A stretch of 64,000 nt of DNA, from assembly GCF_009914755.1 (NCBI RefSeq), contig NC_060929.1; one strand, 5' to 3'. The DNA comes from the human T2T-CHM13v2.0 reference genome, Homo sapiens. Both the position numbers and the translations under genes were made by a program. The notes beneath the pieces are model-generated. The model was not told where the DNA came from and ran no database searches. It saw only the letters and a list, made by a program, of their open reading frames with translations. This document shows, one piece after another, positions 1 to 10,672 of the stretch (the stretch's first letter is position 1; each line of letters starts with the position of its first letter).

Positions 1-430
1 CGCCTCGGCCCCTCGGCCGCTCCCGCCCCTCGCCGGTGCGCACCGGCGCTCGGGGAGCCGCTGGCCCGGGTGTCCAGCCGGCCCTTGCCCTGCCTGGCGC
101 TCGGACCGCCACCTTTGCCGCCCCCTCGCCAGCCTCCGCAGCTTCCAGACTGGCCGGTCTGCGCGCCCACCCCTGCCTCCCGGACCGGCCACCGCCGGAG
201 GCCGCGGAGGAGGGCCCGGCCGCGCAGATCCCGCTTATCGGGCCCATCTCCCGTTACATAAGGCCACCCCCCTATCTCCGCGGGCCATCGCCGCCGCAAC
301 CGCCGCGCCAGCGCCTTCTCCCACGCGCGGGGGCGCCCCTGCCCACCGCTCCCGGCAGGGCTTTTGGTGGCCATGGGGGATAAGGGGCGTTGACTCACCC
401 GGGCGGGGCTCCGGGAGTTGCACAGACCAA
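1..430. promoter_or_regulatory. CpG island upstream of IL13 containing the conserved GATA3 response element (CGRE)
   Basis: Very GC- and CpG-dense. GATA motifs CTTATC 234-239, CTATCT 272-277, GATAAG 379-384; PAR-bZIP/NFIL3-type GTTACATAAG 253-262; AP-1 TGACTCA 391-397. Position ~1.7 kb upstream of the IL13 TATA matches the described CGRE. Confidence 0.8.
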
Positions 431-899
431 GGTAGTTCCCCGCTCCTTCCCCCATCACGGAGACCCTGTGGGAGATGCCGTGGGCCCTCTACTACAGATT
501 AGGAAACAGGCCCGTAGAGGGGTCACACGGCCAAGTAGCGGCACTCCAGGCACTGGGGGCCCTCGAGGGGAAGGGGCAGACTTCTGGGAGTCAGAGCCAG
601 CAGCTGGGCTGGGAAGCTTCGAGTGTGGACAGAGAGGGTGGGAATGACGTTCCCTGTGGGAAGAGAGGGTGGGCAAGCCTGGGATGCCTCTGAGCGGGAA
701 TCCAGCATGCCTTGTGAGGAGGGTCACAAGCACACCCTTGTGAGGAGGTTGAGCCCCATCGAGGACAGGACGGAGGGAGCCTGAGCAGGCAGAGAGGGGG
801 CCTGGGGAGGCGCTGGTTCGGGGAGGAAGTGGGTAGGGGAGAAATCTTGACATCAACACCCAACAGGCAAATGCCGTGGCCTCTGCTGTGGGGGTTTCT

Positions 900-1150
900 G
901 GAGGACTTCTAGGAAAACGAGGGAAGAGCAGGAAAAGGCGACATGGCTGCAGGGGCCAAGCCCAGGAGCCGCCCTCCACAGCACTCATTCTGCAGAAGGG
1001 AAATTTGAGGCCCCCAGACGGCAGGGGTTGATCCTGCAGAGACTGGTGAGCAAAGGGGATCACCCCAAGCCCCAGTGGCACTAGGAACACTTACAATCTC
1101 TGACCTGGACTAAGGCTGCCAGCCTGGCCCAGTTAAGAGTTTCCCAGAAG
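900..1150. promoter_or_regulatory. IL13 distal promoter STAT/NFAT cluster
   Basis: TTCTAGGAA 907-915 overlapping GGAAAA (NFAT), next to the -1112 SNP position (918); STAT6-type TTC-N4-GAA TTCTGCAGAA 988-997; GAS TTCCCAGAA 1141-1149. Confidence 0.55.
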
Positions 1151-1177
1151 GATGGCCCATACACTTTAAATTAAAGG

Positions 1178-1291
1178 GGCCAGACACGTGCACACTACTT
1201 CCAGCCACTCTGGAAGCTGAGGTGGGGGGATCGCTTGAGTCTGGGAGTTGGAGGCCAGCCTAGGCAGGCAACATAGTGAGACCCCATCTCC

Positions 1292-1322
<31 letters not shown>

Positions 1323-1330
1323 ACCAAAAA
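1178..1330 (+). mobile_element. Alu monomer (FLAM-like)
   Basis: GAGGTGGGGGGATCGCTTGAG...GCAACATAGTGAGACCCCATCTC followed by an A-rich (CAAAA)n tail. Confidence 0.8.
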
Positions 1331-1839
1331 AGCTCCCAGAAAGACCTCTGAATCTTTCTGGATCTCTCAGTGGAGACCTGGAAATCTGAACTTTGACAAT
1401 CCCTCTCACAGTGGGGCCAAGGAGGAATTAGGCAAGCCAAAAGAAGTGAACTTTACTCTTCTATTGCCTGTTTGAATTTTGTATCCAAGCAAGTGTTACT
1501 TAAGTAATTTAAGAGACTGGTTCATCGAAAAAATAAAACTCCCCAAATTCCCATAGCTGGTAGACTGTGGTCACAGCCACAGTGCACTAAGACTATCTGC
1601 TCAGCACTTCTGGTGACCCAAAAGGGTCTGAGGACAGGAGCTCAGAGTTGGGTCAGCTGTCCAGGTACTCAGGGTTGTCACAGGCAAAACTGCTGGAACT
1701 CAGGGCAGCATTGCAAATGCCACGCCGCTCTCAGGGCCCCTTGCCTGCCGCTGGAATTAAACCCACCCAGATCTTGGAAACTCTGCCCTGGACCCTTCTC
1801 AATAAGTCCATGAGAAATCAAACTCTTTCCTTTATGCGA

Positions 1840-1975
1840 CACTGGATTTTCCACAAAGTAAAATCAAGATGAGTAAAGATGTGGTTTCTAGATAGTGCCT
1901 GAAAAAGCAGAGACCATGGTGTCAGGCGTCACCACTTGGGCCTATAAAAGCTGCCACAAGACGCCAAGGCCACAA
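1840..1975 (+). promoter_or_regulatory. IL13: IL13 proximal promoter with TATA box
   Basis: TATAAAA 1943-1949, 45 nt before ATG 1988; NFAT-type TTTTCCA ~1847-1853; AGATAG ~1890-1895. Confidence 0.85.
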
Positions 1976-1987
1976 GCCACCCAGCCT

Positions 1988-2161
1988 ATGCATCCGCTCC
2001 TCAATCCTCTCCTGTTGGCACTGGGCCTCATGGCGCTTTTGTTGACCACGGTCATTGCTCTCACTTGCCTTGGCGGCTTTGCCTCCCCAGGCCCTGTGCC
2101 TCCCTCTACAGCCCTCAGGGAGCTCATTGAGGAGCTGGTCAACATCACCCAGAACCAGAAG
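1988..2161 (+). CDS. IL13: IL13 coding exon 1 (signal peptide, helix A)
   Basis: 58 codons, ends CAGAAG|gtgagt; second in-frame ATG at 2030. Confidence 0.98.
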
Positions 2162-4083
2162 GTGAGTGTCGGCTAGCCAGGGTCCTAGCTATGAGGGCTC
2201 CAGGGTGGGTGATTCCCAAGATGAGGTCATGAGCAGGCTGGGCCTGGTCCTAAGATGCCTGTAGGTCAGGAAAAATCTCCATGGACCAAGGCCCGGCCCA
2301 GCCATGAGGGAGAGAGGAGCTGGGCTGGGGGGCTCAGCACTGTGGATGGACCTATGGAGGTGTCTGGCAGACTCCCCAGGGACTACCTGCTCTCCTGGCC
2401 TGGCCTTGTCTGCCACTGCCAGCTCCTACTCAGCCATTCCTGAACAGAGGACAGCAGAGAAGGGCCAGCACCCTCCCAGAACCATGTGGCATTTGCCAAC
2501 TGGATTTTGACCATAACAATGCAGCCATTCTCCCCAGCACCATCATAGGCCCGCCCTTACAGGAGGATTCGTTAGTAGAGTCCGCTCCTTGCCCCACTAG
2601 TAACAGCTCACATGTCTGAGCACTGCTTACACCAGGCCTGGTGCACGTGCTTTATGTGTCATTTCATCACTGCCAGCCACCTCAAGAGGCAGGTACGATG
2701 AACCCATTCTGCTAAGGTTCAGTGAGGTTAAGTGACAGAGGCTGGATTCAAGCCAGGCCTGGCCAACACCAGAGTGTCCATGCTCCTAACTGCAGTGTTC
2801 CCTCACCATCAGAAGGCAGGGCATTTAATACACCAGATCCCCACCGCCTCCCATCTGATTTGTCTTGGTCAACAGTGGCCCAGGCCACTCCTACTTCACT
2901 CGTCCCCACCCTGGCCCTTCCCGCAGGCCCCTGTCCTCCTGCCCTGACTATGGCAAGCCTTGCATGCAGCTTGTCCCTTACTAGTGGTGTCAATTTTTTT
3001 CTCTCAGCTCCAAGACCCTAAACAGTGGGACCTCACCCCTATGCCTGCTGTTCAAAGCAGAAAACGAAGCTCAGGAATGCTGAGGGGCTGCCAGGCCTGC
3101 CTCTGTGCCACACCAGGGATGCTTGTGGGGCCTGTGCTGGGGCAGACCTGGCCTGGGCTGCCAGGGCAGGCCCACAACCCCTGCCAGCACTCTGCTCACT
3201 GTCACTTTGCTCCCACAGGCTCCGCTCTGCAATGGCAGCATGGTATGGAGCATCAACCTGACAGCTGGCATGGTAAGGACCTTTGGGTGCAGGGAGGATG
3301 GGGCAGAGGCTCCAGGCCTTGGGCTTATCTTCTCTGAGCCTCCCTTCCATGGCTGGGGTTCCAAGCAAGCTTCAAGTGCTCTCCTCCCTCCCGCCATAAT
3401 CTGGCCCCTTCCCGCCCACCACCCAGACTCACCTGCGCCAGGCATCTCAGCCCCATCTTCCTGCAGACTCACAAAAGGCAGCTGCCCAAGCAGGGCCTGA
3501 CCCCTCGGTGTCCCCTCCCCACAGTACTGTGCAGCCCTGGAATCCCTGATCAACGTGTCAGGCTGCAGTGCCATCGAGAAGACCCAGAGGATGCTGAGCG
3601 GATTCTGCCCGCACAAGGTCTCAGCTGGGGTAAGGCATCCCCCACCCTCTCACACCCACCCTGCACCCCCTCCTGCCAACCCTGGGCTCGCTGAAGGGAA
3701 GCTGGCTGAATATCCATGGTGTGTGTCCACCCAGGGGTGGGGCCATTGTGGCAGCAGGGACGTGGCCTTCGGGATTTACAGGATCTGGGCTCAAGGGCTC
3801 CTAACTCCTACCTGGGCCTCAATTTCCACATCTGTACAGTAGAGGTACTAACAGTACCCACCTCATGGGGACTTCCGTGAGGACTGAATGAGACAGTCCC
3901 TGGAAAGCCCCTGGTTTGTGCGAGTCGTCCCGGCCTCTGGCGTTCTACTCACGTGCTGACCTCTTTGTCCTGCAGCAGTTTTCCAGCTTGCATGTCCGAG
4001 ACACCAAAATCGAGGTGGCCCAGTTTGTAAAGGACCTGCTCTTACATTTAAAGAAACTTTTTCGCGAGGGACGGTTCAACTGA
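1988..4083 (+). CDS. IL13: Interleukin-13 precursor, 146 aa; join(1988..2161,3219..3272,3525..3629,3976..4083)
   Basis: Spliced translation MHPLLNPLLLALGLMALLLTTVIALTCLGGFASPGPVPPSTALRELIEELVNITQNQK/APLCNGSMVWSINLTAGM/YCAALESLINVSGCSAIEKTQRMLSGFCPHKVSAG/QFSSLHVRDTKIEVAQFVKDLLLHLKKLFREGRFN*; all introns GT-AG, phase 0. Confidence 0.99.
2600..2800 (-). mobile_element. MIR fragment in IL13 intron 1
   Basis: MIR-like core GCTAAGGTTCAGTGAGGTTAAGTGACAGAGGCTGGATTCAAGCCAGG; boundaries approximate. Confidence 0.55.
3219..3272 (+). CDS. IL13: IL13 coding exon 2
   Basis: cccacag|GCTCCG...GGCATG|gtaagg, 54 nt. Confidence 0.98.
3525..3629 (+). CDS. IL13: IL13 coding exon 3
   Basis: cccacag|TACTGT...GCTGGG|gtaagg, 105 nt. 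Confidence 0.98.
3976..4083 (+). CDS. IL13: IL13 coding exon 4
   Basis: tgcag|CAGTTTTCC...TTCAACTGA; tandem CAGCAG acceptor. Confidence 0.98.
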   Translation, partial: QFSSLHVRDTKIEVAQFVKDLLLHLKKLFREGRFN

Positions 4084-4912
4084 AACTTCGAAAGCATCAT
4101 TATTTGCAGAGACAGGACCTGACTATTGAAGTTGCAGATTCATTTTTCTTTCTGATGTCAAAAATGTCTTGGGTAGGCGGGAAGGAGGGTTAGGGAGGGG
4201 TAAAATTCCTTAGCTTAGACCTCAGCCTGTGCTGCCCGTCTTCAGCCTAGCCGACCTCAGCCTTCCCCTTGCCCAGGGCTCAGCCTGGTGGGCCTCCTCT
4301 GTCCAGGGCCCTGAGCTCGGTGGACCCAGGGATGACATGTCCCTACACCCCTCCCCTGCCCTAGAGCACACTGTAGCATTACAGTGGGTGCCCCCCTTGC
4401 CAGACATGTGGTGGGACAGGGACCCACTTCACACACAGGCAACTGAGGCAGACAGCAGCTCAGGCACACTTCTTCTTGGTCTTATTTATTATTGTGTGTT
4501 ATTTAAATGAGTGTGTTTGTCACCGTTGGGGATTGGGGAAGACTGTGGCTGCTGGCACTTGGAGCCAAGGGTTCAGAGACTCAGGGCCCCAGCACTAAAG
4601 CAGTGGACCCCAGGAGTCCCTGGTAATAAGTACTGTGTACAGAATTCTGCTACCTCACTGGGGTCCTGGGGCCTCGGAGCCTCATCCGAGGCAGGGTCAG
4701 GAGAGGGGCAGAACAGCCGCTCCTGTCTGCCAGCCAGCAGCCAGCTCTCAGCCAACGAGTAATTTATTGTTTTTCCTCGTATTTAAATATTAAATATGTT
4801 AGCAAAGAGTTAATATATAGAAGGGTACCTTGAACACTGGGGGAGGGGACATTGAACAAGTTGTTTCATTGACTATCAAACTGAAGCCAGAAATAAAGTT
4901 GGTGACAGATAG
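4084..4912 (+). other. IL13: IL13 3'UTR with AU-rich elements
   Basis: ATTTA-rich tracts at ~4482-4507 and ~4760-4800; ends shortly after AATAAA. Confidence 0.85.
4892..4897 (+). terminator. IL13: IL13 polyadenylation signal AATAAA
   Basis: AATAAA followed by a downstream GT/T-rich tract (GATTGTATTTGTCTTTCATTTT). Confidence 0.85.
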
Positions 4913-5282
4913 GCCTGATTGTATTTGTCTTTCATTTTGGCCTTTGGGGACACTGGTCTGTGGTCTGAAGACTCTGAGGAGCTCTTCGGGAGGCTGGTGG
5001 GTTGGAGGAGGGGACTGGGATGGATTACAGCGAGGGTAGGGTGCAGTGACCTGGGCTGAATGCAAGCTAGCTCCCGAGGGTGGGGACATGGCCTGAAGGA
5101 AGCCCCACCTTCTGTCTGCTGCACCAGCAAGGACGGAGAGGCTTGGGCCAGACTGTCAGGGTTCAAGGAGGGCATCAGGAGCAGACGGAGACCCAGGAAG
5201 TCTCACAATCACATCTCCTGAGGACTGGCCAGCTGTGTCTGGCACCACCCACACATCCATGTCTCCCTCACAACCCAGGAGG

Positions 5283-5455
5283 CCGATGAGAACTGTGAGG
5301 CTCAGAAAGCGTGGGCGGTTTGCCTAAGGTCACGTAGCTACTTCCTCACTGGGGTCCTGGGGCCTCAGAGCCTCATCTGAGGTAAAGGAGCAAAGTTGGG
5401 ATTGGGGTCCAAAATTCACTTTAACTCCAAAGCCCACACACTTAACCACCCTGCC
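5283..5455 (-). mobile_element. MIR interrupted by a ~41-bp insertion
   Basis: GATGAG..TGAGGCTCAGA..TGCCTAAGGTCACGTAGCTA [insert 5341-5381] GTAAAG..GGGATT..CTCCAAAGCCC..CTTAACCAC is colinear with the reverse-complement MIR consensus. Confidence 0.75.
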
Positions 5456-7829
5456 TATTTCTGTCCAAATGTCACCTGTCCTGAATGGAGTTTTTCCCCC
5501 TGTACAACTGTCATCAACCTGTTCGGGCCCTCTCACTGACAGGCAGGTCCCTACCTATATTTGAGGGGCAGCCCATTGCATTTCTGGACAGCTCTCGCCA
5601 TTAGGGTGCACACACGCACCACCTCTGTGAACAGGGCTCTGGCTAGGCCACTCCTCAGCAGCTCTTGTTGCTTCCCCATGGCCCTGGTCAGCAGCTGGAG
5701 TGCAGAGACCAGCGGGCCTTACCAAGCCACAGCTCCAGGCCATGCCCGTCAGCAACACTTTTCACTGTGACTCTCTGGGAGGTGCCCAGGGCAGAGGGTG
5801 ACTCCAGGATGGGATGCCTTTGCAGTGGGTGATGGTCTTCAAGAACCAGTCTCAAACTTGTAGTGACAGGCAGGTGCCCTCCCTGGGGAGCCCAGAGCCC
5901 TATGGGAACACCACAGTGATGCTCAGAAGTCCCTGAAGGCAGCCGCCCTCGACTGCTCATGGCTGTGTCATTCACGCAACAGCAGAGGACGTGGCAGGGA
6001 GTTCGCCAGGGGGCTGATGATGGTGGCCAGCTACTCCAGAACCACTCACTTTCCCCAGGGAGAGGCGACGGAAGAAGGCAAACCTGACAGTGCAGGGGGC
6101 AGGGGACACTTGGCCTAGAGGAGAGAAGACTGTGGGGGTGAAGAGGGTGATGGTGCAAGAGCTGGGTCTCCAGCAGGCTGTCCCGGGCAGGAGACAGGAC
6201 CGGCTCTCTGGTGCCAAGCCTATTAAGTCCTGCCACGTTTGCTGAGGAAATACCTGCGGGGGACCACCCCACAGCAGACACCTGGGCTAGTGACAACCAA
6301 GACACCACATGCACTCAAGATTTAGCCCCTGAAAGAACTCTGTAGAAACAACAGAGGGTCGGGTTGGGGGAGCTGTATGTCCTCCCTCGGGAGGGCCTCC
6401 CCTCTGGAGGTGAGCAGTGGCTGCTTCCGCAAAGGACGAGAGAGTCTTGGAAGCCAGGGGAGGTGGGTGGGAGTCAGGGTCTCGGCATTCTTCTCCATCC
6501 AGAGCCTAGGGTTTAAGGCTGGAAGGATATTTACGGAGGGTAATGACTTTGTAAACAAGACCTAGAAATCTATCTCCCAGTAGCATCATCTTTGACCCAT
6601 GTCCTCTCTGCCCAGCCAAAGTATTGCCCTGCCTATCCAGAAAGATGGAAACCCTTCCAGTGAAATTCCACGTGACTCCCTCAAGAACAAAGACTGGAAT
6701 TGAGGCTGATGTGGGGCAAGGTTCCTCGGGATCCTCCAAGGCCGTGCTCTGAGCCACACATTCAGGACAGCCTGCGAGGCAGGTGCACAGTGCGGATGGC
6801 CGTCCCGGGCCCCACTAGGGGTCTGCAGCTCGCCACTTCCTCAGCCACCGCCGAGCTCCTGTCCCTCACACCTTCCAGGCTGCTCCCCAGGAAGGGGGAC
6901 CTGTGGTCACTGGCAGTGTGCCCTGGGCTGGAGAGGGCGTGGGGCTCTCCAGGGATGAGTGACACCTTACTGAGCCACAGAACCGAGCTGCAGCTGGTGG
7001 CGACAGGGAAGGGGCCCTGTCAGGAATGAGAAAGGAAGACAGAACAAGGTAGGTAAGTGTCAGCACTGCAACTGTGGCTGGGAACCTCCCTCCCTGGGGA
7101 CTGAGCCCTGGTGGTGTTTGCTGGGAGTTTTCTCTAACCACGTGGCCTAAGTTCTTTCATAAACAAGGCAAGCCCTCAGCAGGACTCAGAGAGAAGGGGG
7201 TTGAGAAGGGAGAAGAGTGCTTGGTGAGTGGGAGGAAGATGCTGGCCATGGGGCCCAGGGCGGGGAGCCCCTTGGCACCTCGGGAACCCCAGCCCAGGAG
7301 GTTTCACTGGAAGAGAGGCTGGGCTTGAGTGAGAAGTGAGACACACGCGAGTTTCCGGTGAACTCGGCACCAAACACCTCAGTTTGCTGCTCAGATGAGG
7401 TGTCAGAAAATGCTCCCAGTCACTTGGCAGGTTTCTCCGAGGCTGGCCCCCTGTCCTGCGCAGGACGAGAAGGAGCAGGCCCCAAGGGGACCAGGCCCGC
7501 ATCTTATTTCCTTGTGACCGAGGCAGCAGCTTGAAGCCTGGCCTTCACCTGGCCCAGCGGCTTATCGCTTTTTCATTAGGGTCAAAGAGAAATGTCTTCT
7601 GCCTATGCCCTTCATCTAGCTGGTGCATTGTAACACACTCCAAACCTGTTTCCCACTTCGCCTGCCTCCCTTCTAAGAAGGTCCGGCTGGGGCCAGGCTG
7701 ACTATGTTCCAGACAGGACAGCCTGGCCAGGGACACACTGGCCAGCTCCTATCTGGCCTTTCTAGGGGTCCAAGCTGGGGTCAGGACTGGTGGCTGTCTC
7801 CTCAGCTACCCTCCCCCACACTCATAAAG

Positions 7830-8230
7830 CCCCATTATCTTCATTCATTTCTCAGCTCCACCCAAAAGCAAGAGGGCAAGGGTTTGCAACAAACTTTCCC
7901 AGATCAACTGATTTCTCGGCAGCAAGGGAGGGCCCCATGACAAAGCCATTTGAAATCCCAGAAGCAATTTTCTACTTACGACCTCACTTTCTGTTGCTGT
8001 CTCTCCCTTCCCCTCTGCTATACCTTTTCTTGGGGAAAGTGATTCTCTCACAGCGTCGTTCAGAAACACCCCCAGCCATGTGCTGCCTGCCTGGGCAGAC
8101 GCTGCTGTGTGGTCAGAGGTGACGCAGGCACCAAAATTAAATATAGCAACTCTCGTCAGCTCCACTCTCTGCATCACTGTGGACAACTGTGCGGGGGCTG
8201 GACACCATTTCCCCAAACCCTCAAGGGAGG
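7830..8230. promoter_or_regulatory. Probable CNS-1 (conserved IL13-IL4 intergenic enhancer, HSS1/HSS2)
   Basis: Unique repeat-free block ~3 kb downstream of IL13. Sequences CTGATTTCTCGGCAGC..GGAGGGCCCCATGAC and CACAGCGTCGTTCAGAAACAC recalled as CNS-1; boundaries approximate. Confidence 0.65.
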
Positions 8231-9244
8231 AAGGCCCAAGCCACCGATGGCATCCCCTGTAGACCCACAGCCCGATGGCCTGTTGGCCACACAGTCCACA
8301 ACTCCCTGCCCAGCCCAGGGCCCTGTGCCAGAGGAGCTGTGGTGATGCCACATTGGAAAAGGCAATTTTTATTTACTCTTCTTTCTTCTGATCTGTTTCC
8401 CACATTTTCTATAATGAGCATGCATTCATTTTCCAATGGGAGACAAGGATAAATTTCATTTTTAAAAAGCAAAAAGAACATGAACGTGATGTCTGCTCCA
8501 TGGAGGATGTGGACCGAGACAGGCCAGTGAGGAGACCTGGTTGCAGCATCCCCCGGCTGGACCAGCACCAGCACCCCTCAGACCAGCCTAAGTCCTCCCT
8601 GGGGAGCCGGCCCTCTCGGGAGAGGAGGTGGGGGTCTGCAGGGGCCTGCAAGGCAGCCCCTCAGCCAGACAGGACTAGCACCGCTCCTCCCATGGGTTGG
8701 GCACTCTTGGACCCATCAGATCCCACATTGCCAAAGACAGAGGAAGGTGCTGCCTTCTTGGGGGTCTTCACTAGGCCCTGGCCTGCCAGGGCACAGGAGC
8801 CAGCGGGAGTGGGAAGGGAAAGGGTAGGCCGCCCATCTAGCTCTGAGGCTGAAGTGACATTAACACTATGGGGACAGATGGAGCATTCCTGCAGACTCCT
8901 CAGCAGCTCTGCCTCTCTTGGGAGAAGGACCTTCCACCTGCTTCTGAAAGGCAAGAGAAGCCAACAGCCTGCAGAGCTACTTCCCCACAGCTCCGCAAAG
9001 CGGAGTCTATGCCACTGCCTGCCAGCCTCGTTTCTCTCCTCCCCTCGGTCCCTGTGCCCTTGGATGGGGCCCTCCATGTGTCTGTGCTCTGGGCCCCATC
9101 CCCTCCCCTCTCAGGAACACAGGCAGAGCATATAGCCGGGGGCTCAGGGTGAAACTAGTCCCAGCTTCAAGCCCCAGCTGTGTCCCTGACTTCTAGTGTT
9201 GTTACTTCAGCCACGTCTCAGTGGCTCCGTGGAAATGGAGCTCC

Positions 9245-9880
9245 ACTCATTCATTCAACAAGTATGGATTGAGGCCTTGCCTGGGTGCCAGACCCTGCTC
9301 TAGGTGCTGGGGGTCCACTAAACAAAACAAGGTTGCTTCTAGCAGGGAGACAGAATAAGCCAACGAGAGAACACTCAGTGTGTCGGGCGGTGGTAGCCGC
9401 TACCGTGGGAAATAGAACAGTCCGGGGCTGCACAGCAGGGAGAGTGCTGTGTTATGCGAGGAGGTTGGAGAAATCCTCCCCATGAGATAAGATGGGAACA
9501 GAGATCGGGACGAAACAAGGGGAGGGGACACCCATGCACAGATCGGGGCAAAGTCATCAAGGGAAAGGGAACTGCAGGTGCTAAGGTCTTGAGCAAGAGC
9601 GAGCTGGGGATGCCCTTCCCAGCACTCACGGGTGGCCCTCGGGCTGGAGCAGAGGCCACGGCAAGGGCAGCAGGAGCCCAGCAGGGCCTCAGAGGCCAGG
9701 ACCGGGCTTCATTCTAAGTGGAATGGAGTGATGTGGTCTGACTCACATTTTAACAAAGTCACCGTGGCTGCTGTGTGGAGAACGCAACGCAGGGCGAAGG
9801 CGGAGCAGGGAGATGAGCGCCAAGGTGCCTGCAGAGATGCTGGTGGGGAGCGATGGTGCTTGTGGTAGTGGAGGACTGGA
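9245..9880 (-). mobile_element. L2 LINE fragment
   Basis: Begins CATTCATTCAACAAGTAT (reverse complement of the L2 3' end) followed by degenerate L2-like sequence. Confidence 0.6.
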
Positions 9881-10672
9881 GAGGGGCGTGTGTGTAAGAT
9901 GCATGTATACATTATACTGCTATCGTATACATTATTTACTTAAATAGTATATTATATAATCCATAAAGTATAGATATAAATATATAATATATAAATGTGC
10001 ATATATGTTAATATTTACATTTGCTATGCAATTACAATTTTAAAATCTTCTATTACAGAAAATTTCAAATATACACGAAAGTCACTCCCAAGCATCCATT
10101 GCCCAGCGTCAACAATGAGCAACTCATGGCCAGTTTTGTCAATTTTGTTCCATCTCTACCCCCGCCCCTTCCCCACCACCACCAATCCGAGATGTCACAT
10201 CAGTGAAAGGAGAGGCTTTGGGGTGGCTTGGATATGAGCGTGTGAGGTCTTCCCGTGTTGTGTGTGAACAACTGCAAGGATGAAGCTGCCGCTCGCTGAG
10301 CTGGGGCAGCCTGTGCTTGATTGTGTCCCATTCAGAACACAGCTGACAACCTACGACGCAGCCTGCAGCCCAACACAGCTGCCCTCCCAGATGCCCATAC
10401 TGAGTTCCACCTCATCTGGCCACTTCCTGTGCCCCCAACTGCACTCAGATATCTCATGAGGTCACTGATTATCAACTCCACTCCGTGCAGCAACGCATGT
10501 CTGCCCTTATCTAGCCTCACCTACGAGGAACATTGCTGCCGCTGACCACTGCTCCTCCTCCCTGGGCCTCTCTCATGCCTGGACTCTGCACCCTGCCTCA
10601 CCACCTTCCAGTGTCGCAGGAGTGCCCTGGCTCATTTCTTGTCCCCTGTCTTCTCTCACCCCTTGGCCATAT

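Noticed and set aside
455-1090. 211-aa minus-strand ORF (also 5688-6314 and 8500-9135)
   Set aside because: Pro/Gly/Ser/Arg-rich low-information translations expected in GC-rich DNA; no domain or splice support, and the listed starts are largely non-ATG codons.
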